From assembly GCA_964016885.1 (NCBI GenBank), contig OZ024746.1, positions 42,098,001-42,162,000 of the forward strand: a stretch of 64,000 nucleotides of DNA, written 5' to 3'. The stretch comes from Eledone cirrhosa. Its lineage: Eukaryota. Positions 25,245 to 39,069 of the stretch are shown piece by piece. A model generated the notes under the pieces. That model saw only the letters and a program-made list of their open reading frames with translations, was not told where the DNA came from and searched no databases. A program made the translations under genes and the position numbers. Each line of letters starts with the position of its first letter. Position 1 is the stretch's first letter.

Positions 25245-27150
25245 CGGTCGAAGGCTAAAGGAATAAGGGTGGGGAGTTCAGGCCGGGGGGAGTGTGGGTC
25301 TGTAAGATGAAGATAGTTCTTTGTTCGACTCTAAGGAGATTGGCGGGTGTTCCGTGGCATTGGAGTAGGCCACAGACTGTGAGATGGCGTGCGGAATGTC
25401 CAGAGCCACCAAAGTGGCGGGCGATGGGGGAACTGCCCCCGAGACGAATATCTCGGAGGTGCTCAGTGAATCGGTCCGCCTGGCGACGTCCCGTAGACTA
25501 GGTTGGAGGAGGTGCAGCGGAAGGCATGCCGGACAGAGAGAGAGAGTGGCCGTTGGGACCCTGGAAGGTGGTGGTGTTGGTGATGTGGGGACAGGTGTTG
25601 CAGCGGGGCCTAGAACAGGGAAAGGAACCGGGGGGAGGAACAGAGCGTGGGTTGGGGGGTAGGGAGCTGTGGACGAGGAGGGTGCGGAGATTGCGTGCGC
25701 GTTTGAAGGAAGGGAGTGGTGGGGTTGGGAAGATGTGGGAGGTGGAGGGGTCGGACTGGAGGCATCGGAAGAGGCGGCGGATGGTGCGGTGGAGGGGTAA
25801 GGTGGAGGGGTGGTAGGTGATGGGGAAGGGGAGACGGTGGGTGGGTGTGCGGTGGCGTGGGGTGAGGGTGGTGGAGCAGTGGACAGCACGGGCGCGGGTG
25901 AGAGCGGTGTGGACGAGAGAGGGGGGGAACCTCTGCGGATGAAATGGCTGACTAGGGAAAGGGCCTGGGACTCGAAGTCAGCATCTCGGCTACAGAGGCG
26001 GCGGATCCTGAGGAGTTGGGAGTAGGGAATGGAGTGTTTAGTGTGGGTGGGGTGGGAAGAGGTGAAGTCGAGGTAAGAGTGGGAGTCGGTGGGTTTGAAG
26101 AAGGCGGAGGTGACGAGGGAGTGGTGGGATGGGTCGAAGGCGACGGAGATGTTTAAGAAGTGGACGTGGGTGGTTGGGATAGAGGTGGTGAAGTGGAGGG
26201 AGGGGTGGAAGGAGCAGAAGAAGGAGAGAAAGGAGTCGAGCTGTTCTCGGGTGAGGGTCGTGGCTCCGATACAGTCGTCAATGTAACGACCGTACAGTTC
26301 GGGCGTGGGGCCGGTGTACTGGGCAAAGATTTGGGCCTCAACATGGCCAATAAAAAGGTTGGCATAGTTCGGGCCCATTCTTGTACCCATGGCTACCCCC
26401 GTGACCTGTTGGTAAAACTCACCCGAGAAGGAGAAACAATTGAGGGTGAGGACCAGCTCGGCGAGGCGAAGGAGGGTGGGGGTGGAGTGAATGGGGGAGG
26501 GGCGAAGGTCGAGGTAGTGTTTGAGGGCGCGTAGGCCGTCGGCGTGGGGGATGACGGTATAGAGGGACTTGATGTCTAGGGTGAAGAGGAAGGGCTGTGG
26601 GCCGGGTGGGTAGGTGAAGGAGTCGAAAAGGCGCAGGGCGTGGTTGGTGTCGGAGATGTGGGAGGGGAGGGTGGTGACAAGGGGGCGAGGATGGAGTCGA
26701 GAAAGGCGGAGATGAGTTCGGTGGGGCAGTTGCAAGCGGAGACGATGGGGCGGCCGGGGTTGTCGGGTTTGTGGAGTTTGGGGAGGAAGTAGATGGTGGG
26801 GGTGGGGGGTGCGGACGATGATGTGGGAAGCGGTGGGGGGAGGAGGGAGGAGGCGATAAGGTCTTGGATGGTGGAGTAGACTTGTTGTTGGTAGAGGGGG
26901 GTGGGATTGGAGGGTAGAGGGCGGTAGAAGAGGGGGTTACAGAGCTGCCTGAGGGCTTCGGCCGTGTAGAGGTCCGCGCGCCACACCACCACGGCGCCTC
27001 CCTTGTCCGCCGGTTTGATGACGATGTCATCTCGGCTACGGAGGGAGCGAGGAGTTCGCCCTGTGAGATATTGTACCGTTTGGAACGGTGGCGAAAGTCG
27101 AAACGATTTACTGCACTACGGCTGGCATCAACGAACGCGTCCAGGGTGCT
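25245..27150 (-). pseudogene. PLE RT / GIY-YIG endonuclease ORF, frameshifted with an internal deletion
   Basis: IKPADKGGAVVV, YFLPKLHK...PGRPIVS, LDIKSLYT.IP, GVAMGT.MGP.YANLF, RYIDD, KPTDSHSYL...S.HP, PCSRPRCNTC, CTSSNLVY, RF.EH, EQ..I..L.T..P.GLN. Confidence 0.93.
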
Positions 27151-27164
27151 AAATTGCCATGTGG

Positions 27165-27330
27165 GTGTGTGTATTATGAACTTCCTTACAGTTTCCGTCA
27201 ACCAATTTCACTCACAAACCATTAATCAACCTGAAGTTATATTAGAAGTTACTTGCCCAATGTGCTGTACAGTGGAACAGAATGTACAACCATATGACTG
27301 CGAAGGAATTTGCTTAACCAAACAGCCATG
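27165..27330 (-). mobile_element. Degenerate SINE family C head abutting the PLE 5' end
   Basis: Reverse complement ATGGCTGTTTGGTTAAG...CACATTGGGCAAGT...GTGAGTGAAATTGGTTGACGGAAACTG. Confidence 0.7.
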
Positions 27331-27693
27331 CATATGCTTATATAACCATACCTGCATTTATATAAATTATGAGTGTCTAACTCAACAAGATGTAGGTACA
27401 CGTATTTTGTTTATATATATGTAACTGTGTTTGTATTAATGGTTATCCATTGCACTTTCAGTTCGTTTGTCTCTAGATCACAGATCAACTATTTCAGACA
27501 AAACTGGCACTGTAGCAAAGAAAATTGTAATAAAAATAAATGAAGAAATGACTAAAGAAACAAATAAACTCAGGATATAAAAACTCATCATTTGTAAACC
27601 TCAAACAAATTTGGCAGAGATCAGTGAACAGGTGACAGTAGCGTGATGGAAGACTCTGATAAACATAACACAAACAATTAATAACTAGGGAAG

Positions 27694-27696
<3 letters not shown>

Positions 27697-27757
<61 letters not shown>

Positions 27758-27781
27758 GAACAACAACAACAACAACAATAA

Positions 27782-27812
<31 letters not shown>
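27697..27812. repeat. (AAT)n/(AAC)n microsatellite
   Basis: Direct read. Confidence 0.97.
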
Positions 27813-29266
27813 GATTAATCAGTGTTTGATTTTTAATATATTTGGCAAAGATTATTCTACCAAAAATCCATAAATATTTGTTTCCACTGACAATTTCAGA
27901 TCAATACTCATGCCAGACATATACAAAAAAAAAGTCATTTTCTTTTTATTACATGAGGAATATGAAGGAAAAATGTGAATTAGATTTTCTATGATATCTT
28001 CCTATGGGATGGACTCCTTGTAAAAGGCAGTTCTTTAAAAATATAGAATTGATTGCAATGACATTTTATGCAAAGAGAAGAAAAGATTATTTCCAAGTCT
28101 TAACCTTTATTATAGAAAATTTCTTTTATGTATATCCAATATTCTCAAACACATAAATATGTTATAATATTAAAGGTTCTTTTTTATTGTTTCCTTTGAG
28201 CCTAAACCAGAAATTGCAATATATTTGACATATAACAGCTGTTAATACGTATTTATGGTACAACAAACAAATTTGATTTACTCACGCAATTGGAATCAAT
28301 ATTGTTAATGAACTCAATAGCTGCTGGCAAGAATTAATTACAAAAAATAAAAAATATATAAAGATTGTTCGCCTTCAAAACAATGTTACGGGCTTGCTTA
28401 TAATTTGACAGGAAAATATATTCTGTGATATTTAAAAGTACAAGAAACAAGACTTTAACATAAAGATTGCTTTTCTTAAATTTCTAATTATCTGATGAGT
28501 ATAATTGAAAGTAATTGCTTCGCGTGAAATTAGAAAAATGCTAGTATATACAATTCCCTAGAAAATAATCTATCTATTACTGTATGGGTGTTTATATGCA
28601 CAGACACATTAGGTTAAACTCTAAAGGGAAATATATTTTGTGTTTCCTCAGTTTTATATGATAAAATTAAATTGTTTATAATTGAATTAACAAACTCTCT
28701 TCCAGGATTGTGAAATAACATGAATAACACATATAAATGTAGAGTCTCAACACAAAATTATTTTGTTTAATATTTCCTTAAATGATATGGAGTTAAAATT
28801 GGTATGTTTGTTTCAAAATACATGGAAAAACATTTGACACATTAATATATTTACAATTACCATAGAGTGTTTTCTTAACTGAAAATATTAATATGTGAGA
28901 AGATATGGTTATCCAGTCAGCTGAGAGGCAAGCAGTTCGTAATTTTTTCACCAGCATTATACTGTTTATATGGCTAGGAGAGTTAAGTCGCATATGGTCC
29001 AGACCAACAAGTTTTAAAATGTGAGGGAAAATAGAATAATTTTCTTGCTCCAAGCAGAAATAGTGCTAAAAAACTGACAAGTGCTTTGATAATTAACAGT
29101 ACTGAGTTAAACTCTTAAATATTTTGTCTAAATGAAGAGTCCTTAATGGCCCCACATATCAATAGACACATTTAAAACTCAATGAAGTTTGAAAGTCTTT
29201 CCACTTGCCATTCTTCCCTAATTTGTAAGACATATGAGCAAAAAAAAAAAAAAAATTAAGCCATTA

Positions 29267-29654
29267 TCTATACATATATATAAATATATAAAACTGTAGT
29301 TGTCTGTGTGTGTTTCCTCATTTTTGCAAAGTCTATACAAATCCACATTTTTACTCCGATTGACTTCAAACTTGCATTTATATATTCCTTGCGGTCTAAA
29401 GATATTAACTGCAGATTTTATTTTGCAATTTTCTGTTGTTAAAGGGGTGTTAGGCACCGGTTATCGATCTCTGTCACGCCCTTATAATATCTGTCTGTAT
29501 GTCAGACTATCTGCATAACGACATTATGACCAACACGTCATTGCTGACGTATTATCTTCGTCACATTCCCACACACACAGACACATATATATACATATAT
29601 ATATATATACACATATGTATACACATATATACATAAACACACACATATATACAC

Positions 29655-29702
<48 letters not shown>

Positions 29703-30103
29703 TAACACATATACACATACTTATATATAAATATACACATAAAAATCTATCTATCTATCTAGGGCGGGTAAAATTGGTATAGATATACATACATATACAA
29801 ACACATATACACATATATATATATACACATATACATATATATAAATATACACATAAAAATGTCCTGCGTCTCCAACAGACCAGTGTCTGTCCTTAGGGTA
29901 TCAACATATGTTAACTTCGGTCTTCCTCTTCCAGTGTGTCCATGCAGGGGCTCCCACAGGAGCACTGAGTGCAGTGTCAACTTTGGATGTCGCTGAGCAT
30001 GTCCAGTTCGTGAGTTTTTAACAGGCACTCACAAATAAACGTTTCTCATTGGAGGTGCCATTACCAATGTTCTTACCCGTGCAACGCTGGGATACACTGT
30101 TAG
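29267..30103 (+). mobile_element. Non-autonomous Helitron
   Basis: A|TC 5' end (TCTATACATATATA..AAACTGTAGTTGTCTGT), subterminal hairpin CCCGTGCAACGCTGGG, and TTAG|T 3' end (degenerate CTAG). Confidence 0.7.
29859..30007 (-). pseudogene. RTE-X-like ORF C-terminal fragment inside the Helitron
   Basis: GHAQRH......VLLWEP.HG...RGRP..TYVDTL..DTGL. Confidence 0.85.
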
Positions 30104-31084
30104 TATTTATTATATACATTTAATATAATAGTTTCCCTTCAAATTAAAGAATTTTTAACTCTCTATAATGCTTTGTTAGATCAGATATTATTTCAACTTG
30201 CACAAGCTCAATATTAGATTATTACTTATTTTCCATTATACAGCTGTGTTTCATACTTCAACTGAAGCTAGATAATGGAAACAGTGCTTAAATCAAATCT
30301 ATCTTCATAGGTTGAAAATCTTATAGATCTAATCCATGCTTAATGGATTGTGTAAAACCTAGTTATGGATTAAAATCTCCGGTTATTACATACAAACATG
30401 TATTACTAATATCTACATATCTAATCAACAAGTGTGTATTAAACACTCCTAACATATTGTAATGTGCAAACAAACACATGTGTATATGCATGTATGTTTT
30501 TGAACATGCATGCTGGTGTATATATACTAAACAGTGGCTTAGTGAATAACATATTGACCAAAGCACATCTATTCTGTTCAAATTTACTGCTTGGAGAGTT
30601 TACCCCTCTCAACCCAAAGTGCAGCAGAGCCTGGGTTAGTTGCAGTGTTTATTGTTCCCAAGAAAATAACTAGAAATTATTTTCAACTTCTAGCACATCG
30701 TAGTTTACATCAATGGTGAATTTGTGGGATTCTGGAGTCATTCTAATGTTGATTAAGTTCACAAAATAATCGGAGACAACTTTTACTTTATATACATCTC
30801 TTTGTAGATTTATATTCTTATTTAATCTTAGAAAGATTAAGTCTCTATACAGCCTTACAAGCTGTCCCAGATTAATGAAACATATAGTTGTTGTTCAGTT
30901 TGATCTTCTGCAAGTTGATATGTTTGAGGAAATGATAGATATCATCTTTGACACAGTTGCAGGAAATTTAGAGAGAGGGAAGGAGAGCGAGAGAGGGCGC
31001 GGGGGGGGGGGGGCAGATGAGAAGAAACTGTTCTACAGAGACAGTTGGGTCAAGATGGTTCACAGTTTGTTCGTTAAGAGGAGT

Positions 31085-31410
31085 GAAGACACATAGCATA
31101 GTGATTAGGGTGCTCATTTCATGGTCAGGAGTTTGATTCCCAGACAAGGAGACACATTGTGTCCATGAACACGACTCTTTATTTCATGTAACTTCAAACC
31201 ACTCAGCTGGCAAAAATGAGTAGTATCTGTATTTCAAGGAGTTAGCCCTGTCACACATTGTGTTAAGCTGAATCACTCTGAGAACTGTTATAGGTGTCCG
31301 TGTCTGTAGAATGTTTAGCCACTTACACAATAATTTAATGAGCAGGCCATTCCTTTGATTTAATCAACTGGAGCACTCATCCTCGAAAATGAGCGATGTC
31401 CAACAACAAC
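31085..31410 (+). mobile_element. Older tRNA-derived SINE with family A-like head and a different tail
   Basis: GGAGTTTGATTCC, CTTTATTTCATGT, ACTCAGCTGGCAAAAATGAG; ends in (CAA)n. Confidence 0.65.
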
Positions 31411-33217
31411 ATCACAATGACCTGTTTTTGTTAGTGTATGTGTTTGTCAGAAGGCACACATTCCAAGAAGGAAAAACAGGAAATATTAAAATTAGGATAG
31501 AGTACTGACAAAGATTATTTTTTTATGTATATATTTTATTTGTTTATCTGCATTAAAATTATGATGCACAAGTTTGATACAGTTTTTAAAGTCTTCCTGA
31601 AATATTAAATTTCTGTGAATTTTATTACTTTTTAAATTTGTTTTAAACGAAATATTTTGAAAAAATATCTATTTTACCAATAACATATTTTATATCCTTT
31701 TTTTTTTAAAAAGTGATTTGATATATTCTAATGTTAGGTTAAAATTACAATTTTTATTTATTGAAAGCATTTTTTGCACAATTTAGGAAATCTGCAATTA
31801 GTTGCCAATTGAAGTATTTTATAAGTAAATTTATTAACGAGAATAATAGTTAATTAGATTGATTTATTAGAAGGCAGATTTATAGACTAGTTAAATCATC
31901 ATAGTGGTTAAGTTGAGAATGGTTTTGTGCCTTATATATCGTAGTGATGTTGAGCTTTCAAATTCATCAAAAGAACTCATCAATTTTTTACTGAATATAA
32001 CTAAATTTCTCGGTATGGTATTATATATAGATATCAGTCAAATTTATATATATTTTTATTTTTATTTTTATTTAAAATTCGTATTACTCATATTTAGATT
32101 TAAATATAGTATGTTGTATATTATACTTTTATGTGATAAAATATGTCTATTACTATGATAAAATATTTTTCATAGTTCATTATATTTTACAAAGTTTTCT
32201 AACTATTATAAATATTTAAAATATATTCATAACTTTTTAAATGTCTTTTTTATAATAATTATTTCATAAATATATGTCTTTTCGAAATGATTTCTCTTTT
32301 AGTTTAGAAATTAATCTCAGTTATAATGTTCAAAGCTTGTAAAAGAAAGAACACATTTAACAGTGCAAAAAGAATACCCATCCTTGAAAACAATTTGCAG
32401 CTAAGAGGACACAATAAACATCTGCACTATTCATCTGAGTTATCTGTTTCATGAGATACCACTCAAACATAGAAGACTATTTAAAAATGACTGAACATGC
32501 AGCTAGTCTTTTAAGAAGTTTTTCTCTACTGAAATATAATTATTAGAGGGGGTAAAATATTTTTCCTCATTTCTTTCATTGGGAGTTGATTTTTTTTGTT
32601 GTTATTTCTCTTTTGTATGTCTTGGATATTATGACTGACATTTCAAATAAATGTTATATTTAAACACATTTACAAGGAAGCTAATCTTAAGTACAGTCAA
32701 TGGTGACAGATGGATGCAGTGGTCCGTATTATTTGTTCAGTGTATTAAGTGTCTGAAATGTTCTGGTGGTTCTCATTTTAAAGAGGGTTAAGTATTTTGA
32801 TATGAGAAAGTCTACTGTTTACAGTTTTATTAAAGTTGGATAGAACAGAGAAAGTTAAATGTCAAAAAGCATTGTTATATTAACTTAATTATGTCATGAC
32901 AGCTTCCTTCTGAGAAGAAACATAAAACATTATCATATTAGACTTTGCCAAATATGACCTGTTAAATAGATTAAACATTACTTGTAATGCTAGCAGTTAC
33001 ATAATTGTTCATGTTTCTAAACTTCCATGGTTAGTGCTTATAATTTCTTTTACATTACCTAAACATTGAAGCATATGTTGTTTTAAGAACTCTTACAGGG
33101 CTGTTATATCTTCTGGTTGCAGAGGAAAATGTAAAATTAATGTTTGTCCTACTGCAAAAATAACTTAGCTTTTTCATTTTTTCACTGTGAAGGTATTAAC
33201 TAGAAATGTAGCTGGTT

Positions 33218-33585
33218 TTATTGTTTAGCCTTTTATTGTGCTCTCCAATCAGCTCTGTTTGAGTAGATCTATGATCAAAGGTGTCCCAGTTGAACCCATT
33301 CTGTCTTTTTTAGACAGTATTTCAAATATGTCCTTCCTTATTTATAAGTTTGTAAGGTGTAACCATCTACAGACTACCTTATTGGCTTAAGCTAGTTTGA
33401 TTAATGTTAGTTGCTGTTTAGACTCTAATTGGCCCTGGTTGAGAGGACTTATGATCAAAAGTATTTCAACTATGACCATCCTACCTATCTGAGATTCCAT
33501 TTTTCAATTTCTTTTCAGGATGTATTTTGAGGTAGATTTAACTAGTTGTTTCTTAGCAGGATGAATGATCATGAAGATTCTGAGC
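33218..33585 (+). repeat. Dispersed repeat (SINE tail-like), two tandem partial copies; others at 10570-10775 (+), 11765-11850 (-), 39340-39550 (-)
   Basis: Shared TTGTTTAG...CTATGATCAAAG..T.CCAG...GACCAT motif. Confidence 0.6.
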
Positions 33586-35086
33586 TTATAAACATGGTCG
33601 TTAGTGCCGAAACCATGTTGTGTTGATTGGATAAAGAATGCATTATTTGCTACATTGAGCTAAACTTAATTATAAAACAAGCTCTAGTCAGAATTAATAT
33701 CTTCACAAATATGGAGCTAGTAAGATCATTGAGGGTTAATGGGAATAGACTCAATCGATTTGCCATCTACCTTAGGATGACGTTGTATGCCTTGTATAGG
33801 ATGCAAATGTTAACAACACTTTTGCTACATCACATAACCTAAATACTGCATGGAGGTTGGGTTTACTCCTTTCATAGCTGAATAGAATATATTAATGAAA
33901 TATTGTAATTTGTCAGGGAATTACATTTTTCAGCCCACACCATTAAAAGACTTTGAGGAAGCTGGGCTGCAGACCACAAAGATTTTGTCATCATTAGCTG
34001 TTCTTTCTGAACTGTCAAGTGATGTTTATTAAAGTACTTCACTTCAGACTCACTATTGTTAATGGTAATGTCATGTTTTTGATTATCGTGTAACATTTTA
34101 AAGGAACAACACAAGTGTCCCCTGCTGCAGTGTGTAATTGAAAGAGTGAACATGCCTTTTCTGTATTTCATTCTAACTAATTTTGTTATTGTCCATCTAC
34201 TTTGTTGATTATGTATTTCAAACTGATATGAATGAAATCCTTTGAAATAATTTTTTTTAATTCTCCTGTAACAAGATAAAAACCACTTCAATAGATTTTT
34301 TTTGTTTCAAGAAAACCCTCTGGATGCTTCATCGCCAAAGTTACTAGTCAACATCTTTGTTTCTACAGTTGATATTTAACTATACTAATGGTATTTATTG
34401 TTATATTTCCTTTTACAAATAATCGAATTTTTGTTTCTTGACATTAAGCAAACAAAGCAGATGTTTTATTTGCTTACATCATTTATATTACGTTATCCTA
34501 TAATTATCAGTACACATATATGATAACATGATGATATAAATAAAATAGCCATGTTTAAAAGATATATAAAATTACTAAAGCTATTTGTAATGATGTAAGG
34601 AAGCTGTATGTTTATTTATTAGGTACATAATTTACAAAACAAGCAAATCAATGAAAATGAGCCAGGAAAAAATAAGGAAAAGACATACCCACATGTTCAA
34701 TTACATACTAAAACAGGGGATGCTATAACTTAAATGACCACTGACAATAAAGTTTAGCCATCGTTAATGGCTTATCTCATTGAAGTATCAGGTATATTTG
34801 TGAGGATGCTTGACTGTTCCAGTAACTCAGTCTCACTATAACTCACAATAATGCTATGTTTTGCATTAACTCATATATTTTTGGAGGGCCATGCCAACAT
34901 ACACTGTGGTCATATGTAATTAGAAGAGTGTGCATGTCTGTTTGATTATTTTTCACTTTCTGACTCATGTGAATTGGTTTGTTTCTTTTGTACAGTATCA
35001 TAATATAATAAAGGGAGGAGTGCAGAACTGCACCCTGAATGTAATTTTTTATCCCGTTTGGAAAATAAGTTGGATTACTTTGAATA

Positions 35087-35277
35087 AATAATTGTTTCTA
35101 CATTTGGCACAAGGCCAGCAATTACCCAGTACATTACTGGTACTTTTATTTTATCGACCCCGTAAGGATGAAAGGCAAAGTTAACATCGGCGGGATTTGA
35201 ACTCAGACCATAAAGGGAGGTAACTCTTTGCTGCAAAGCATGGCGTCCGACCCTCTACCAATACTGCCAATCCACGA
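35087..35277 (-). mobile_element. SINE family B
   Basis: Full match to the family B pattern. Confidence 0.9.
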
Positions 35278-37139
35278 ATAAATAATGAATGAATATTACA
35301 TAATTTATGTACTAAATTTCATAACTCTTGATTAAATATAAATAATTTTATTGCTTATTTCAAGATTCACTTCTTTAATATTTTCAAATGTATCGTGGAT
35401 TACTTTACTGATTGCAGAAGAGAATGTAACACAGTCTCTCTTCAATTTCTGTGCATATTCTTAATTTACGATTTTATTTGATGCATCATATCTAAATGCA
35501 TATATATTTGCATATAATATCAATATGCACACTGCACATACTAGTAGAAAAGGGTTAAATTATTTCTCACTGATAATGTTTGCATTCACATGTGTTCATG
35601 GAAAATACTATTTTCATCAAACTATTTCATAAAGTGTTTTACTTTAGAAATGAATTAGGTATAATTATTTATAATTAGACAATTAGATATGAAGGATCAG
35701 ATGAATCTAAAGAAAAAAGTCAAAGAAAAAAACATATATATATAATGTCATGCAATTTGTGTTATTATTATATGCTAGTCAGCAGGAAGTGGATAAGCAG
35801 AGTGATTAGAGAATTAAATGAAATCCATCACAGTCTTTGTTCTGAGTTGAAATCCAGCTGAGATCAGGCCGATAAAATAAAGAACCAGTCAAATATTGTG
35901 TCGATTTAATTGACTTTCTCTTTCTACCAAATTGCTGGCCTTGTGACTAAATTAAAACCATGTATTGATAGTTAATATTTGGCCTAAAGTATAATTTGTT
36001 TAATAACTTTACTGTTTATGGTGTTTAAGTGGAAGATGTTATTTTTCTGAGCCAAAATTGTGACTTTTACCTGTGACTTTATTTCCATTCACTGGGTCAG
36101 ACATAGCCAATGGAGATTTCATTGTCATTAAAATGATCTGTGGAAAACATTACGATACCTAATGACAAAGTTTGATCAGTAAACATAAAACAGTGATTTA
36201 TTTTATTGAAAGACTTAGATCATTCAAAGAAATTATATAATATTTTTCCTTAAATTGTATTGTATTTTGTGGAAACAGGAGTTAATTAGTACATATGTGT
36301 TTTGTTATATTTGGTGTGTGTTAAGTTATAGTTTGTCTGTTGAATTAAATGTTTGTATGTTGAGTTATATTTGATGGGTGTTGAATTATATTTTGTAAGC
36401 TTTTCTTATACTGATTGTGTGTTTAGTTAATATATCACAACGTTTAACCTACCACATTACACACATAACTGATTGACCTCATAGAATTAAGTAAAATGAG
36501 AGAAAATATTTTACTATGCTTAACATAAATAAATGTCTTCTAATTTATTGTTTAATGGAAAGATGTTTCTTACTACATTAAAATGGCAGCAAAAACAAAA
36601 CAAAAAAAAAAAAAATTATTACTTCTAAAGTCAAAAGTTATTTCACCATGCTTGAATGGGACATTCATTTCATCAAAAAGTTACTTTACTATTCTTTAAT
36701 AGGAAATCGTTGAATTTTTAATAGTATTTTTGAAATAGGTTTTCTTTTATAGAACCAACAAAAGTGTATTCTTGACTGCTCATTTCTCTTTTAATTTTCT
36801 ATCAGCTTGAAAATATATCTTTGATCTTCATTGCTAAAGCAATATCATATCATTTGTATCTGTTGGAAAGATTATCATCACTCTTGTTTTTTTTTTTAAA
36901 TTTGCACCATCATCAAATAAAGCAATGATTGCCAGGTTTTCTTTTACTCATTTTGTATCTTAAAAGCTATGTGTTACTGGTTTCTGACAACTAACAGATA
37001 GAACATGCTAACTGCATATATTAAATCAGGTTCAAACTTTCTTATTGGTTCATTATATAGTTGATTGAAGCACTACATATGGAACACCTGAAGAATGCAA
37101 GCGACCGAAATGGGATTCCTCTGAAGGGTCTTTGGAGTA

Positions 37140-37502
37140 ACGTTACTCAATAAAATGCCTAACTCAGAGATCAGAGAATCACTCCAGGTAGAGTTGCTAC
37201 TTCTCTGAATTGAGATATCACAGCTCTGATATTATGGGCATGTGGTTAGAATGTCTCAGGAAAGAATCGCTGGACAAATTTTACGAACAAAACCAACTGT
37301 CAGAGGACCTAGAGGTAGACACCAAACAAGATGGTTCGATAACATTCATGAGCTTGGCTGGTTACACTTGGGGATCCAGCCAGATAAGTTGGAGACTGTT
37401 GCTTCGGACAGGACTTACTGAAGAGAGTGTTTGAGGACTCTGCCCCCCCATGATCCTCTTAGGAATAAGTGGGTGAAGAAGAAGAAGAAAAAGAAGAAGA
37501 AG
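37140..37502 (+). mobile_element. RTE 3' fragment with (GAA)n tail
   Basis: GHVVRM and R.RGR....W.D.I remnants; homologous to 45845-46215. Confidence 0.8.
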
Positions 37503-37827
37503 GGTCTTTCTAAATTTCAGTTATATCTTATGAGCAGCTACAGGTATGAGGGTCGGCGGAAAAGATCATAGGCTGACCAAAATACACTCATGGAATGACC
37601 AAATGAGGTTTATTATTCAAGATAGAAACAATATAGTTATTAATAACTCACCATACAGAGAGATGGGGATGGCTAGAAAGATGGAGGCGATGACAGTGGG
37701 AGTTCGGCTCTTCCATGTTCGGACCATATCCTTGTGGTTGTGTCCATTATCTATAGAGTTTCCGCATTTGTAATACATTTTCTGCTAGATTCTGATAATG
37801 TTATTAATAAGAAGAGTTGAAATTAAT

Positions 37828-38017
37828 TGTTTCTACTTTTGGAACAAGGCCAGCAATTACCCAGTGTATTACTGGTACTTTATTTTATCGATCCCGTAAG
37901 GATGAAAGGCAAAGTTAACCTCGGCGGGATTTGAACTCAGAATGGCAAGGGCCGTAACTCTATGCGTCAAAGCATGGCGTCCGACCCTCTACTGATACTG
38001 CCAATCCACCGCCCTTA
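37828..38017 (-). mobile_element. Full-length SINE family B with 19-bp TSD
   Basis: AAGAAGAGTTGAAATTAAT at 37809-37827 and 38018-38036. Confidence 0.93.
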
Positions 38018-39018
38018 AAGAAGAGTTGAAATTAATGCATGCACGATTTCACAGCTCTAGCATTACTCTTTCATAGTCAGTCTGTGACCTTTTCAGCTTG
38101 CCCTCTAAGGCTTGGAGAGGAATAATTAATTGATTAAGAAATTATTTTATTGATTTCAGTCAATTGTAATGTCCGCAATAATTAGTCTGATACTCATTAT
38201 TTTATCTAACAGTTGAGATTACTTTGAGTTATATCCCATTTTCAGGATGTAGATAACGTAAGGAACTTACACCTAGATATGCATACATAGACACATACAT
38301 ATAAATAAATCATATATGGTGTTGGTGGTAGGAAGGGCTTTCAACCATAGAAATCTTGCCAGACATAAAAGCATGCACACGCAACCTCATCTCATCAATT
38401 TACACAAGAAATTTGCTTCAATGAGATAATACATATGGCAATTGACATCATCCTCCTGCTTCTCATGGATACTACAGCAAATTCGAACACAACCCTTGAA
38501 AGTGGTTTCTAAATTTTAAACTTAAATCTAATTTCAAAGCGATAAAACCAGAATGTTTTACTCTGAGAGTCTCCCATAGTCTGGTGATGGTCATGATGAT
38601 GATGATGCTTTGCTGCCATCTGGAAAGTGACCATGTTCAATATGCAGAAAAAGAGTAATTAAAGGGATAATTAGAAGTAGCTACTGCTACATAAAGGGCC
38701 AAATCAGTTGGAGGTGTGGGTCGTGTGAAAGCATAGTAGCCAGAGATAATAAAAGAGAAGAAAACGTTCTGAGTATTGTTAGCTCTGTTTACAACAAAGA
38801 ACTTCTCTTTGAGTGAAAGGTTAATTGTATTATTCTTGTGACTGGTCTGATGTTGCATGGAAGCAAGACATGAGCACTGAATGTGGAAGACGTGTGTAGA
38901 TTTATTCACATTTAAATTAATGACAAGAAAGAACACAGATGTATTTTTCCTCATTACAAGGTCTATGACACATTGGGCAATTGTCTTATGTTATAGCATT
39001 TGACTGACCTATGCCTTG

Positions 39019-39069
<51 letters not shown>

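Larger units (their letters stand above)
23647..27150 (-). mobile_element. 5'-truncated Penelope-like element, Neptune type
   Basis: RT, Cys-rich linker and GIY-YIG remnant, long 3' region, HHR, AATAAA (23701-23696); 3' end abuts (TA)n. Confidence 0.93.

Noticed and set aside
23937-25266. His/Pro/Thr- and Gly/Val-rich ORFs
   Set aside because: By-products of GT-rich low-complexity sequence in the PLE 3' region.
27494-27778. Poly-Leu ORF (also poly-Leu/Lys at 45789-46139 and CV repeats at 42178-42452)
   Set aside because: Translations of microsatellites.
33872-34291. 139-aa ORF (also 20495-20911, 59054-59434)
   Set aside because: No recognisable motifs; composition matches AT-rich non-coding DNA.
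37080-37120. CTGAAGA...GAAA hammerhead-like motif (similar partial hits at 6904, 13109, 19415, 54643)
   Set aside because: No compatible stem II, stem III/UH and stem I together.
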